Shown here: positions 38,261 to 51,911 of the stretch, in pieces
Numbering within the stretch: position 1 is the first letter of the stretch
How the letters are laid out: each line of letters starts with the position of its first letter
Assembly: GCF_009834535.1 (NCBI RefSeq)
Contig: NC_045696.1
Coordinates: 93,374,001 to 93,438,000, forward strand
Origin: Camelus ferus
Lineage: Eukaryota
Direction of reading: 5' to 3'
Length of the DNA: 64,000 bases
The notes under the pieces: model-generated
What the model was told of the DNA's origin: nothing
What the model saw: only the letters and a program-made list of their open reading frames with translations
Databases searched by the model: none
Made by a program: the position numbers and the translations under genes

Positions 38261-39385
38261 TGAAACTGAGCAGAACCCTGTGTGCTCCCTCCCCAAGTAG
38301 AAAGGCCCCTTCATGTCCCCTGCCTCTTGTTTGTAGAAAAACTAAAGTCTCCCAGGCCTCCCTGAGTCACAAAAGAGCTGGTTTAAGCTTTTAATGATTA
38401 GGACACCTGAGTCACAGACTCAGTGTCTGATGCACATTCCTGAGTCATTTTACAGATACAGTAGCTGCCACCAGAGGGAAAGGCTAACTGCACGATGGCC
38501 AGACTGCAGCCATGACATCAGCTGCTCCATCTTGGGCAGCACTGAATCTATGGTCAGCACAATTCCAAGAACCGGATTTAAAGAGAATGGGATTAGCACT
38601 ACTCCTCATAATAATCTATACCTTTGTAGCCCTCAGAATCATTATAGCTTGCTCTGCCCACATATGTAAGCAGGCAAATAAAACTGTCAGCAAAGAGAGG
38701 CGACAGACCTGTGTCAATATCTACTCTGAGAACACAGTGCTCTGTGTCAGCATGAAGAAGTTACAGAAGACAGACCTTTACCCGTAATCCCATAGAAATG
38801 GAATGATGTTCTGACAAGTAAGGATTTGTAAACAGCTTTTGGCAGGAAGGAGCTCTTTGCAGGAAAGGGCCCTCTGCAGGAGGCCCCCTTTGTCTTGTCC
38901 CTTTAGCAAAGCTATATTGTTACTAACCTTAAACCAGGCACCCCCATGCTCTCCTCATCTCCAATCCAAGCATACTTCCCCAATTTTTTGATTGCACAAT
39001 ATCTTGCCTAACCTTTCCTTAGATCAAAGAAATAGAAATGAAGAATAAGTAATTAACCAGACGACCAGGTCTCTTGCCCAGCTTCCCCTTCAGTAATCTC
39101 ATGAGCAAACTGGGTGAGATGTGAGACAGCATCTGAAGAAAGATCACAAGGAGGTGACAATCCTGCATGCAGTGGGAGATGGTGACAAATCTGACCCCAT
39201 CTCAGTGATTAGCTGAGATTACGTCGTCCCCTTTTTCCCTCTAAAAACTTTCACTGCCAAGCAGGATCAGAGCTGGTTTTGTAACACGAGTCTGCTTTCT
39301 CCCCAGACGGCCAAATAAAAGCAACTTTTTCAGTCTCTCATTTTGACTTTGGAGCGACAAGCAGTCTGATCTGAGTTTGGTAATG
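38261..39385 (+). mobile_element. Composite ERV1-type element (LTR head + env-tail relic + second LTR)
   Basis: head tgaaactgagcagaaccc; hydrophobic frame 38512-38787; ccatagaaatggaa shared with 16459-16472; ggatt|TG at 38827; AATAAA ~39314; end tttggtaa. Confidence 0.8.
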
Positions 39386-41504
39386 TGTAATACCACATCA
39401 TCTCTCAATCTTTACTTGTTTTTTAGATTGAAAAGTCTGAATGATCAAAGGATTTTTTTCTAACTGATCTCCTCAAATATGTATATAATTCATTCAGTCG
39501 TCTCTGTTTTGCCAAGCATATTTTGATATCTTGTATGCTGGTCTTCAAGTGTCCTTACTAATCTATCTGATTTTTTTTATTGGAGATATTTGCAAGCTGC
39601 TCTGAAAATTCCTTTTTGGTGAAAAATAATTGATTATAGTAAACATCCAGGAACATATTTTTTATATCATTTGTATTGGTTAAAACTTGGAATAAAGGAT
39701 ATTTCAAACTCCAAAGTCAGAAGAGTATTCGGACATCTCATGCAAATTTAGTACATAAGCTTATACTTTCCTTGTGTTATGATGTCATTCACAGAGATGT
39801 AGAAAATAGTCTTATTATGTAAAGTAATCTCATTCAAGACAGTTTATATATTTTTTGTTTGTGAAAGCAGAAAGTAGAGCCCCTCACACATAGCAGATAT
39901 TTAATAAGTGCTAATTCAAGTTAAATTTAAAGTGAGCTAAAAAGGAGGCTGGCACTATTAATACCTTAGAAATGTTAGTGTTGTCTAGCTCTGCAAATGG
40001 AGCAACAGATCGCTGCTGAGGGATGGACTAATGAAATAATTAATAATTGCCATGGCTAGAAAACAATATTTTCATAATGACAGATTATCTGTGTATGGAA
40101 ATGTGCCTATGTTAACAAGATAATTCCACTCAAAACAATAAATAATTTGACATCTGTGTTGGAAGGCCTGGAAAAAAATACTAAAGAAATTCAGTTAAAG
40201 ATTTTTAACACAGTTAAATGATGAACACATTTCATAGACAGCAAGATAAAAGGGAATGTGATATATCCAAGTGTATTTTATTTCCTAGAATGTTATTACA
40301 CAAGACTCTCAAAATTACATTTTTGGGAAAGTGACTGTAATTTCGAGTGGCTAAGAAAGTTATTCAGCCTAGGAACTGGGAGATAGATTGAAGGTTTATT
40401 TGTAGTAAATCCCTCTAGCCCTGGGTCAATATATATCCTTTCATGCCAGAAATGATAAAAAAATTAAAGCTATTTTATTTATGCAGAATTGAGCTAAAAT
40501 TGGCTTTTTGAGAATTCATTGCCCTCTCAGTTTAATGTGTTTCTTTGATAAGGCAAATGTAATTTTGCTCTTGTTGTCGATGTCTTGAAAAAAAGAATCC
40601 TTCCATGTTACAATGATTGTGTTTTCTGATCTATATGTCCTCAGCTTAACTTCCAAATACAAAGGTATTTTTACAAAATACAAAAGAACATAAGAATTTG
40701 GGAGGTTTTGTTAATGACAGTACAAAAACAACCAAGTTTCACTAAAAATTATACTATATATACATATATTTTTTAGGACTCTAATCTCTGCCTTCATTTT
40801 CAAATGGTCTTCTTTTCTGTGTCTCTGGGGACAATTATTTTAAGGCAAGCTCCCTGTGTTCTCTCAAGGAATGAATGAATTCATTACATGAATAAACTCT
40901 CTTCCCTTTCTCTGTAGGTTAATCTTTAAGACAAACCATACTTCACTTTCAAAAATAACCAACTTGGGGCACATATTTTAATTCTTTTTTTTTTTTTTCT
41001 TGATGCATGTCATCCTTGAAAATTCAGAGAACTAATTCAGTGTTTAGGAAATGTTTCTCCTCTAATCAAAAACAAAAGAGCTGAAAGAATGCTTTCTTTA
41101 AGGAAAATTTAATTATATATTTTTGGGTTACCTAATTCTGTACTCACACACATGCTGTTTTCTAAAAACTCAAAAGAGCTCTTTGAATCTTTTGTCTTAA
41201 GAATAGGAAGTTCTATTTTGCCAAGTATAAGAGAGTTGATGGTGCCAAGGGTTTCAAGTTTACTTAAAATTAAATTACAACTCATATTTGAGGAAACTTG
41301 GCAAAAACCTGGCAACATGTCATCAACGGAAAACAAAATCAGCTTATGATTTCTGGGTACCTAACAAAATAGTCAAAAGGACAGTACAGTAAATGCAGAT
41401 GGAGACTAGGTTCTTCATGACCGACCACTGAGCCACTATGAATCTCTGAAAAAAACTTACAAATTGGAGGAAATTTTTTTACTGTAACATTTTATCACAA
41501 GTAT

Positions 41505-41710
41505 GCAATGATAACCATAATACTTACATTTCTTAAGTGCCAGGTGCTTTGAGAAGGGCTTTGCAAACCTAATGTAGTTTAATCCTCTGAAGAGCAGTAG
41601 GAGGTAGATACTATTGTTACATGAGAAGACTAAGCAAGAGAGAGATTAGGTAAATTCCCCAGTTTACAGAGGTCTGGGATTTGAACCTGAGGACCTCACA
41701 TCAAGGCAGG
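41505..41710 (-). mobile_element. MIR SINE
   Basis: gtgccagg...tttaatcctc...gaggtagatactatt...ctgggatttgaacc. Confidence 0.7.
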
Positions 41711-41831
41711 TTTAATGGTGATGATGGATCCCACTAAAAAGCCAATGCACATAAGGAAAGAGCGTGAATAGTAATGATCAGTTTAACCTGGAAAGTGAAC
41801 ATTTTCTTAATTCTGACATATTATCTTAATA

Positions 41832-41995
41832 CCTGTGATTCTTAATTCTTTCTGGGTTACTGACTGCTTCAGCAATTAAACAAAAGCAAAGGACAGCCGT
41901 TCTATTAAAAAAACAAAACAATACAAAAAAAAAAAAAAACACACGCACATAAATCATTGCTTAGCGTTTCAGAAGATTCACAGGTAAAAACCTAG
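41832..41995. mobile_element. hAT-Charlie MITE relic, MER103-like
   Basis: ttcttaattctttctgggtt...caggtaaaaacctag termini. Confidence 0.5.
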
Positions 41996-44639
41996 TCTTC
42001 CCTTCCCCCGGTTGCATCACCTTCCTAGAAAATTAAATTTTAGTTAATTACCAGGATGGAGAGCCCTCTTACCCTATCACATACTTCACCTATTATTAGA
42101 TGTGTTACTTATTAGAATCAGTATAAAACTGCTGTGCTTAATTACACTTGATCTTTTCTAGAAAGAAAGAAAATTCATTGACTTGAACAGGTACCTGTTC
42201 ATGGCAAAAGGAGATATTTGAATTGAATTGGACAATCTCAAACACCAGTTGAAAAGTTGACCTAAATTTCAATGACGCATTAGAAATTTCACTGTATTAA
42301 TGTCTGAGTCCAAGTGACTGAGAGTTCTCCAACTCAAAATGGAATTAAATGAGTGACTTGAAGAAGTTTAAACTTACCTTGTGTCAGTCATCCCTTGCTT
42401 AGTCGAGTCCTGTCCCTGCAAGTTTTAGATCCATCTGAGCATTCTCTGGGTTGTGATGCCAAATCCCAGAAATGAGAAGCTGTCAACTTGACAAGACATC
42501 GATAATTTTATTCCCTCTGTCAAATAGAGTAGTTCTCAAAGGCTATAGCACTTGGAACATAATTATGAACTGACCTCTGTGCATAGAATCATGACCTTTC
42601 TAAATTGCTACCACTATGGTGGTCTATGGCTACTTTCTGACACCAAGGGAAACACCCCAGCCTTGTTTCTGATTTTTCTCACTGCATCCCAGGAGGATTA
42701 ACAGCACCTGCATCTGGCATATAAAGTTTTTTTGTTTCACCCTCCACTCTTGGTCCCTCATATTTGAGTGACCTCTAACTATTAGTGGATCCATTCTTCT
42801 ATAATTTGGTAATTGTGAGCAGCTAGGTCTTCCTCAATAAGAGTTTGGAGGAGGGGAACCTTCACCCTTGTGGTTATGTTTCTCTCATTCCTGCCCATCT
42901 CTCTATGCCCTCAGTTTCCTGTTCTACAAAACTGGGATAGTAATAGTTATCCATAGAAGTATTAGTGAAGACTAAAGGAGTTAATGTATATGAAGAGCCT
43001 AAAACAGTGTTTGGCACTATCAAAATTTTGCTGGTGGTTGTTATGAACAGTATTATTATAACACTACTATTACTGCCCTGGCTTGAGCTCAGTCAAGAAT
43101 GGCATGTGGCTAGTTCCCAGCTACAGTTAATGGTCTTACAGTTAATAATAGCCAGGTTGAGAGGGAAAATTCAAATATATTCACTCATTAATTTCTATGA
43201 TATCCCCTATGCGTCAGGCACAGTGTTACTTGATGACAACTTCCCATGACCTAGTAAAGTCAGAGTAGCTATGTTTAAACAATAACGAGAAGTGTCACAA
43301 AGATAAATTCAGAACTGAAGGTAAAGCATGCCTAGACACTTGGTCAGTGGCGTGAAAGGCATTTCCTTGTCTATCTTGGCTGAAGCAAGGTTCCCTTCCC
43401 AACTGAATTCCTGCCCTTTTAACTGACAACACTTACACTTTGTTCTTGTCTCTGCTTGAAAAGAGCGACTTTTCTGCACAGTTTCATCTTATTTCTTCAC
43501 TGGGCTTCCCACGGACAACCACAGTGCTTCCCTTGTTTGGATCAGTTAAATCATTTCCCAGGGATGGCGAGCACTTCATCACTGCCCTTCTCACCCTGTT
43601 TATCACAGTTCTTGACATCTATTGGTTCTGTAAGTTGATTCAGCCTAATGGATTTGTTTGGTGTTGAAGTTGTGTCAGGTATGGAGGTAAAAAAGGTGAA
43701 TATTCAGCTGTTTTTCCCCTTGAGGAGCCTTATAGTTCCATGTGGAGGGGACAGACCCAAAAGTAGGACACCTCCATGTGTCACAGCGAGTTTGAGTGCA
43801 CAGGATGCTTTGGCACCATCCATATTACAGCTTCTCCACCCCCATTATGTGAAAACCTGGTGTTCTTGACTCACACAGTCTGTAGGTGTTAGTTACCATC
43901 TGCGTTTTGTACTCTGGGATTTTTCCAGTACCAGTGATGGGTTGTACTGAATCATTTATTTACGTTTCCTTGGCCAGTTTATTTTGACATATGACATATA
44001 TTTACTGATGGAGAAAACACAAGCAGTTTGTGAGTGTGGTGTAATGCTTTTCCTTCGGAAATAGAAGAGAGACCTCACTTACGTTTTACTAGCTGAATAG
44101 TTACCTTGACGTTTTTAAATGGGTCCAAAGTAGTACATGCTGCACAATCCCTTCTGTGTGTGTATACATGTGTACACACACATGTTGTGAAGGCAGGGAA
44201 GAACACAGTAACACCTGTATGAGGTGTTATTTGAACAGTATTTGAAGGAAAGGAAAACAAGGGGCATATCACTAATTTAGACCTGTCTACTTGTTTATTG
44301 CCAGATGTACTTGTCTGGACTAAGCATCCATATCTTCATTAATCCTAGTGCTTGCTATGAAATAATTTGTTTCATGCATTTTAAAATCAATCCAGATCTA
44401 GGTTCAGTCAATATTTAATAAACTGTAGAAACTGTTTTCACTTTATTGAAGTGAAGTGGTTCATCTAGTGCCAGAATAACTTATTTTCTTATAGTTATTG
44501 TGTCTGCAATTCTGGTTACTTCCACACGGAGAGTAGGGGTATCTAGTTATGACTTGTGGGACCACAGATTAGATCTGCCCATGTCGGGGTACAGAACAGT
44601 AACATATTATTAGCCCATGATCCAATTTCCTACATGATG

Positions 44640-45620
44640 CTTCAGCCAAAATATAACTCTTGGTTCTCCTCCCACCTCTCTGAGTGCTGCTTTTGGCACA
44701 CTTTCGTAGTCTTTGGTCCCTCTGCTGGCATCTCCAGTGTTCCCCAGGATTCTCTCCTTGGCCCATTTCTATCTATCTTTTTCTTACACATGCTCCATCA
44801 GCTGTCTCATTCACTCTCACGACTTTCAAGTAACACCCAGAAGACACTGAACCCCTGATCTGTATCCCCAGGCTGGATCTATGGGGCTCCCTAAAGAAAT
44901 CACCAGGATTGCCCTCTGGCACTACAAGCCCAACTTGACTCTATCAAAATCCATCATTTGCTCCTCCTCTCCCCCTCTTCATGATGAAGCACCAATCCTC
45001 TATGTAGAAACCAGAGTCAAGCTTGATGCCCTTTCTCCTTTACCCCAGTGGACCTCCTCTGTTCTGTCTGCTTCCCTGACACTGCTTTAATCAAAGTCTT
45101 TATCATTTCTTACCTGCATGATTGACAGGCCAACTATCTTTAATTTCTTTCTTCTGTCATCCACATTGTCATGAGTGCTGTCTCTCAAAAGCACACATCC
45201 TTCACTATGACTTACCCTCATGGCCTGCAGGGTAAAGTTCAAACTCTTCAACAGGACCTACAAAGCCCTCTTCCACATTTAACCAAGCAAGTAGCCTCAT
45301 CTCCTGGCTCAGGTCTCCTCACAATATTCTAATAGGTCCTTCACCCCAGACCCTTCATCTTTCCCTAAATAGTCTCTGCCCATTCATTCTTTTGTATTTT
45401 GTTCATGCTGTTTATTCTGTGTGGACTGTCCTCTCTCTTCCTTCTTCTCTGCCTAGAAAATTCTTCCTCATTTTTCAAGACCCATCTCAGGTCTCACCTG
45501 ACTGAGATGCCTTCTCCACCTTTCACACTCAATGTAGGCTGCTCCCCCACATTGATTCCACAGCACTCTGTACTTAGGTTGAATATGTTCAACACCCAGA
45601 AATCAGTGTTATGATCATTT
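44640..45620 (+). mobile_element. L2 LINE relic
   Basis: ctcttggttctcctcccacctctctg, tggcctgcagggtaaagttcaaactc, tcaagacccatctcagg L2-like motifs in order. Confidence 0.7.
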
Positions 45621-48600
45621 ATTTCTTATTTTTAAATTCAACAAAACTTTGAGCTCTAGTTGGATAGGAAACTTCAAGTCATCTAACATTTTTCCATCAT
45701 CATACACAAGACTCCCTCAACTATGAACCAAATAAGTAAAAACTTTATAGTAATAGCTAATGAAGTATCAGGGAAAGTTATCGTGCGGCTCTTTTCTTAT
45801 ACCCACCCTCAACTGTCAGTCATTGATTAGTCTATCTTTTGGCTGCCTCGTTCTCCTTTCAAATTAATGTTCATCTTCATTTCATGTATTGGCTTTTAGT
45901 ATTGCAAAGCATTAGAACTGGACATGTTTATAGTTTCCTGGTGGTCTGGGGTATTAATATTTTAAGCGCTTTTGAGTTTAATAGCCTATCTTTCTCTAAA
46001 CTAGACCCATCAGTGAGATAGCACTGAGTGCCTCCTCAGGGCTCCCACCTCTGAAATGCCCTAGCTGTTCCATCCTTACTGGAAACATTTTAGGGGCAGA
46101 GATAGCTTTTTGTTACTCTAACTTTCTATTAATCTAAGGAATGACTTTGAACCACATTCACCTGCCTTAGTGGTTGACGCATCTTTATTTTTTTGTGACC
46201 AAAATTTATAAATAAAAATCAGGACACCAATTTTTCTCAAATCATCCTAAACTGTCATGGGCCTCTTTTTCCTGTCAGAACAGGATTTTCCTTGCAAGTT
46301 GTGATTCTCACTCCACCACTTCCTCTCTCTTTACAGAAAGTTCATACACATTGAAGGGGCTTCATGTGACCTGTTATTTTTAAAGATAGATTTTGTCAGA
46401 TATGTGCTTTCTGTTCACAAAGAAGCACTGCCATTTTCTTCTGAATGTAATGGGGCAGGGGGCAGAATACCCTTTTAAACAAAAACTAAAGCAATTTTTA
46501 AAACATATGCTTGCAAAGAATGTAGTCCCAAAAGATACTTCCTCTCATGATAAATCAAACTCCAATTCATGAATTTTTAAAATTATTCCTTCCTGCTGTG
46601 GACATAAATTTCTAAAGTGTGTATGTGTGTGTGTGTACACTAATTACTGACAAAGTGGGGCGCAGAACAAATCATGACCAAAAATTCCTTTTAAAATAAT
46701 TTACATATCCATATCTCTTTTCTTTTCCCAATATGACTTCCTTACTATTTTAATGGTTTTTATGTTTACTACTAATGCATGAATCTGCCTTTGTTAAATC
46801 ACCTTTTTACGTGGAAAGTAAAAGCTGTGAAATACAAACATGCTTACAAGTTAATAATAGTAAGCTAGCATTTACTGAACACTTACCATGTACCACGCAC
46901 TCTAATAAGCACTTTACACAGATTGTCTCATTTTGATCATGAGTTATAATCAAAATGGAAACACTACAAGAAGCACTTAAAAGCAAAGTAAAAGCGATAC
47001 ATTTACAAAATATACAAATACCCTGAATAATTTCTTTTGTCCTCGTATAAGCACAGCCCTCAGTCTGCATTTGATCCTCAGTTACCACAGACAAATTAAT
47101 CTTATACTTGCTTTCATTTAAGTCAGGAAGCATTAAAGATACGGGTCCACAATTAGGCATTCTTAGTTTATCAGTGGGCCACATAAACTCGGGGGAATTG
47201 TAAACAGGAAACCAGACCTGGAGAAACAAGAACTCATTTACCTATCCTACTTGTTAACTATTTTAACCTTGTAAAACAGGCAGTACTACATTAGTACACT
47301 GCTGTTTTCAGTCACTCTGAAGTAGCAAGTTCACTATTGTTAATTGTTCAGTAGTAAACAAAGCAAAAAGGAAATGAAGAGATGCAAAAATGTCTTCTCT
47401 CAAAGAATTTAAGAAATTGAAATGATCTTACCCTTCTGAGGCAAAAGTGATTTTACAGTTACAGAGACCCAGAAAGTTTCAACATCCTGCAGGTCACACA
47501 ACCAGTGAGCAATGGGTGAGGCTGAAACCTGTGTCTTCTGTCTCCTGTGTGACCATCTTTTGACCATAGAGAATATCTTTTCCTAGAATTTCTCCCTTTC
47601 CATTTAATTTCCTCATGCGACTGATTTTACTTTATGTATTTTATTATTTTTTCCTTCTACTTCAAATTTATCTTGCTGGTTTCTCTATAGTCTCTTGCCT
47701 TTGCGTTCTTTTCTTGATTTATAAAAGGTTTTATTTCCCCTGCAGAATTTCTTTGTGTTAAGTATTTGAGTATTTTTGAATTACCTCTTACTTTTTCTGT
47801 TTCCACTCAGAGACTCCAAAAGGGGCTTAGAAATTTTAAGATGTTGAATGCCAGTTCTCCAAATCAAATCAGCCAAGATAACAATAACCAAAAGCCAACA
47901 AAAAAGAAAAATGCTATTTAGCCAAGTTTGTTCATCTTAGCTTTGAGTTTGCTTTTTCCTTTCTTTTTTTTTTTTTTTTTTTGGAGGTACAGCTGGTGCA
48001 GCTGAATCCTGTATGTTGAAATTTGAATGTTTTTCATTTTGGAAGATAGTAGTAAATCTGAGAGTAGAATAGTTATTCCAACAAGAATGTCTTTAGAAGT
48101 ATGTACTTACACTGGAGAGAAAATAAATATGATATTCTTGGTTATTTATTGCTTTTAATTCACAGTTTAGCAGTTGGTTACCACATAGTCTTGTGTTTAT
48201 TTTCTGGCTATTCTATGTTGGTTCTGTGTATTCTAAACAAAATTCAATAATACGCTACCATGATCAGTTTATATGCTAATCTTAAGTTTTAAACGTGTTG
48301 GTATTGTGTCTATGCTTTTTTAAAAAAGGCATGCATCTACTCAAATAAATTCCATTTCCTGTCTTGTCTGAATCATTTGTCAGGATTAAGTTCAAATAAG
48401 AGGGCACAGAATGACCCACATGCCCCATTGACTGAAGAAGCGTAGAGTGTTTCCTCACAGAAAAACTGAGAAATGATAAGATTCCCTTTATATTTCTCTT
48501 ATTTCCCCATGGTGATCTCCTTTAACCTACACCTGTGACCTGCACACGTGAGGCCTGCGATGTAATACAGAAAGGTAAAGACAGGAGAAGGTTGGAGGAA

Positions 48601-48734
48601 GGTTTGGGAGAGGTCTGTGATGAGCACAGGGACCTCAGCGTTTTAAGTAACTACCACCACCACTGTTAAAAGGCAACGGCTTATTCAAGCTGCCTTGGGA
48701 AAATTTTTTAAAAACACACAAAAACTGAAGCATT

Positions 48735-48908
48735 TATCTTGTAGTAACCTGTGGTGAAAAGGAATATGAAAACAAATATATGTATGCTTCTACATATGAC
48801 TGAAGTATTGTGCTGTACACCAGAAACTGACACAACATTGTAATCTATACTTCAATTTAAATATATATATATAATAAAAAAATATATATAGCATATATGT
48901 ATAAAAAA
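48735..48908 (+). mobile_element. Short L1 3' end with (TA)-rich tail
   Basis: similar to 28420-28540 and 25340-25460. Confidence 0.85.
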
Positions 48909-51014
48909 GATCAATTCTGAGGGGAAAGTGGAATGGAAATATATGGTCAGTAAGAAAAAGATATGACAACATTTTTGCATGTAAAATAAGAGTTTGTTTA
49001 AGTGTTTTGTAAATTGATGTTTACTGACATATCAAATCATAATGGTATTTAGAGTCCATTGGATACATTTAAAATATTGATCTGACAACTCTGTTTTAAG
49101 ATACCAATATGTAAAGTTCACTGGAAAGTAAATGGCTTGCAATGATTTAAAGTTAGTGGCAAAAAATGTTAAATATCAATTTTAAAATGTACAAGAGGGT
49201 GCATGGTTTTCCAGAATCCTTTTAGGAAGTATCCCAAAAGTATTGTCTTCATTCTTCCAGTGTAGTCATACCGAGTATATACAAACTAAATTTAATACTT
49301 TAATATAAACTACTTTTCTTTTTTCTTTATGTTGCAGCTTGGACATTATTTTGATTTATCAAAGTTATATGTTTTGGGTAGTTAAAAAAAAAAAAAAGCG
49401 CTTCAGCTGTGTATGCACGTGTGTTTGGTTATTTTGTTTGGCCTAAAGAGGATTAAAAGGACCAAAGGAATGTTCACTCACCCCATCCAACCTTGCCATT
49501 TTGCAGCAAAGTGTCATTTCTGATCACTGGTTTAGTTTAACATGTGCACAGAGCACGTAATTATTGTCTGGGTTCATCTGAACAACACTTCCCCACATTT
49601 CTGGCAGGAGTTATAACCAGAACAGGACATCCATGAGACATTAGCCTTGGCCCACAGCATGCTCAGTGCAGGAAGGAATACAGACAGAGGGGTTTGGTGA
49701 AAATGAAAAAGTGGCTCTAAAAGAAATGGCACATGTTCACCTCTTCTTTGTACTCCTTTCAGTGGTGATTTTTATAGGAATTTAATTTTGTTTCCTATCC
49801 ACCTGACTTTAATAATATCTAATCCCCCACCCCTTAATTGTTCATTCAAATCTACACTACAACTGAATCAAAGAAAGTATTGAAGCATCTAGCTGGGATA
49901 ATATAATTTAAAAAGATAAAGTAAATAGAGAACAATACATTGCAATTCAAGGTAACTTTCCCTGCTACCCCAGTCTACATTGATTTTGCCCTTCTTTGTC
50001 CTCTGTAACATTTCAATCTGCCCCACTGAATGAGTCCTGATTGTCTGCTCTGTTGTATTTATGCCAGTTCAAAAGAGACAACAGTATATAATCAAATAAG
50101 GCAATGTTTATGGCAATGCTTTGCAAACTATCAAGTATTGTGTAGTGTATTTAAATTTATTCTGTGTGTTACTTGTGGTTCTCAAATGATGTCATCATTA
50201 CTTTACAAATTTTCTCTTATCTAGCATTGCGCTAGACAAAAGGAGGGTCTGTATCATTGATACACTTAATAATCAATCATTAATTATATTTTTAAAATTA
50301 TTCTTGACTACTGAAGAGCATACTGACTAAGTGCTAATATTCTTCAAGGACTGATTCCATTAAAGTCAGATATAACTTCTGAGAGAAGCATTCAATTTAA
50401 AAGGCAAGAGTTCAGTGTCCTTATTCTTAAATTCATGTTTCTTTTCCCCTTTGAATAAATTAGTTAGATTTTTCCATTTGAAAATGAAGATTATTTCAAC
50501 ATTGCTACATAGATTCTAGAAGTATCAAAAGATTTTAATAAAAAGAAAGCAATTTAAAAAAATTGATTCCAATGACTATTAATAATCCCTGAACAGTAAC
50601 CTCTTTGAAGACAGAGACTCTCAGATATTATCTTTGGATTGTTTTTGGCCCCTGGAAAACTATGTTATAAAGGCTTAATTAAGGTATTTTGAATAAATGA
50701 ATAGAAGTCTGATAGTAGGGAAGTACACCTGCAACCCGCAGACCTTTGCTATAACTACTGCTACCAAAAGAGAATTAACAGCATGAGCAGTATCTAGTCA
50801 TCAAATAAGAAATAGCTGGAAAATTTATTTTAACTTAGGAGTCAGACTTCTATGCTAATACATGGAGCATAAATTGGTCTATAATAAAAGAACATTTCCT
50901 TTGAAAATGACTTGTTAACCTTCATTCCACAATGGAGGTTTTATACTGCAGAATACTTAGGTTTGCTCTGATAAGGATATACAGTTGGAATTGCTACGTT
51001 ATTGATGTTATCTT

Positions 51015-51159
51015 TTTTTAATTTTTAATTTTTTGGGACAGAGGTAATTAGGTTTTTTATTTATTTGTTTGTTTGTTTATTTATATGGAGGTACTGGGGA
51101 CTGAACCCAGGACCTCATGCATGCTAACATGCGCTCTGCACTGAGCTATACCCTCCCCC
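51015..51159 (-). mobile_element. tRNA-derived SINE, camelid Vic-1-like
   Basis: reverse complement gggggagggtatagctcagtgcagagcgcatg...cctgggttcagtccccagtacctcc plus (TAAA/CAAA) tail; imperfect TSD ttgatgttatctt / ttgaggtcttatctt. Confidence 0.9.
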
Positions 51160-51872
51160 TTGAGGTCTTATCTTAATAATGGAAGTGTGCCTAAATTAAT
51201 TGGGAAAGATAAAGCACGTTCAAATGGAAAAGGAAGAAATATCAATGATCACAGGAAAAATCTGTAATACCAAGATAAAGGATTTCTTGATACTAAACTC
51301 TAAAAGATTATGTCAAAGGAAACACTGTTATAGGGCAGCACTCCATCTGTTAATTTTCTATCTCCTCGGCTGAATCCAGCTCCTCTTCCTCCTCTGTAAC
51401 TGTCTCCCGAGATTCTCTTCTCTTCCCTCAATATTTATTCTCTATCTCATTGAAGACAACCCTGGAGTTTGAATGCAAGTCCATATTTGCAGCTACATGC
51501 AGGAAATTTCTGTTTTAATATCCTATTTTCATCTCAAACCCAAGACAGAAAATCTGAACCCATTCCTTTAAAATAACTCTTGTACCTAATTTTCTTATTT
51601 TCCTCTTTAGTCACCTATTAGAGGAAATTGGTCTCATTCTTTTTATTTGCTATAGCCAAATTCTCTCCAAAACATGTACTCTTCCAAACATGTGTGGGAA
51701 ATTTGTAGGCATAAGGTCACATTTACAAGAGAATTCCTCTCCCTGATAGCAGTAAAGCTAACTGGGAAAACAAACAAAAAAGAGCAACAAAAAACATCTG
51801 TGCTGACCTTTAGAAAGGTCTTAACCTCATAATACAAATCCAACAACTATCATCAAGATACAAGTTCAATCT

Positions 51873-51911
51873 ATTCTACAATTTTGAAATCCCAGTCTTT
51901 CCCTTCCCACC
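51873..51911 (-). mobile_element. 39-bp internal L1 3'UTR fragment between 19-bp direct repeats
   Basis: attctacaattttgaaatcccagtctttcccttcccacc matches ~16919-16957; repeats at 51854-51872 / 51912-51930. Confidence 0.9.

Noticed and set aside
44155..44182. 28-bp near-palindrome tgtgtgtgtatacatgtgtacacacaca
   Set aside because: Low-complexity TG/CA repeat; such symmetry is common
46807..47229. 140-aa minus-strand ORF (also 59277-59735, 152 aa)
   Set aside because: Overlaps MIR or decayed L1 sequence; no protein features
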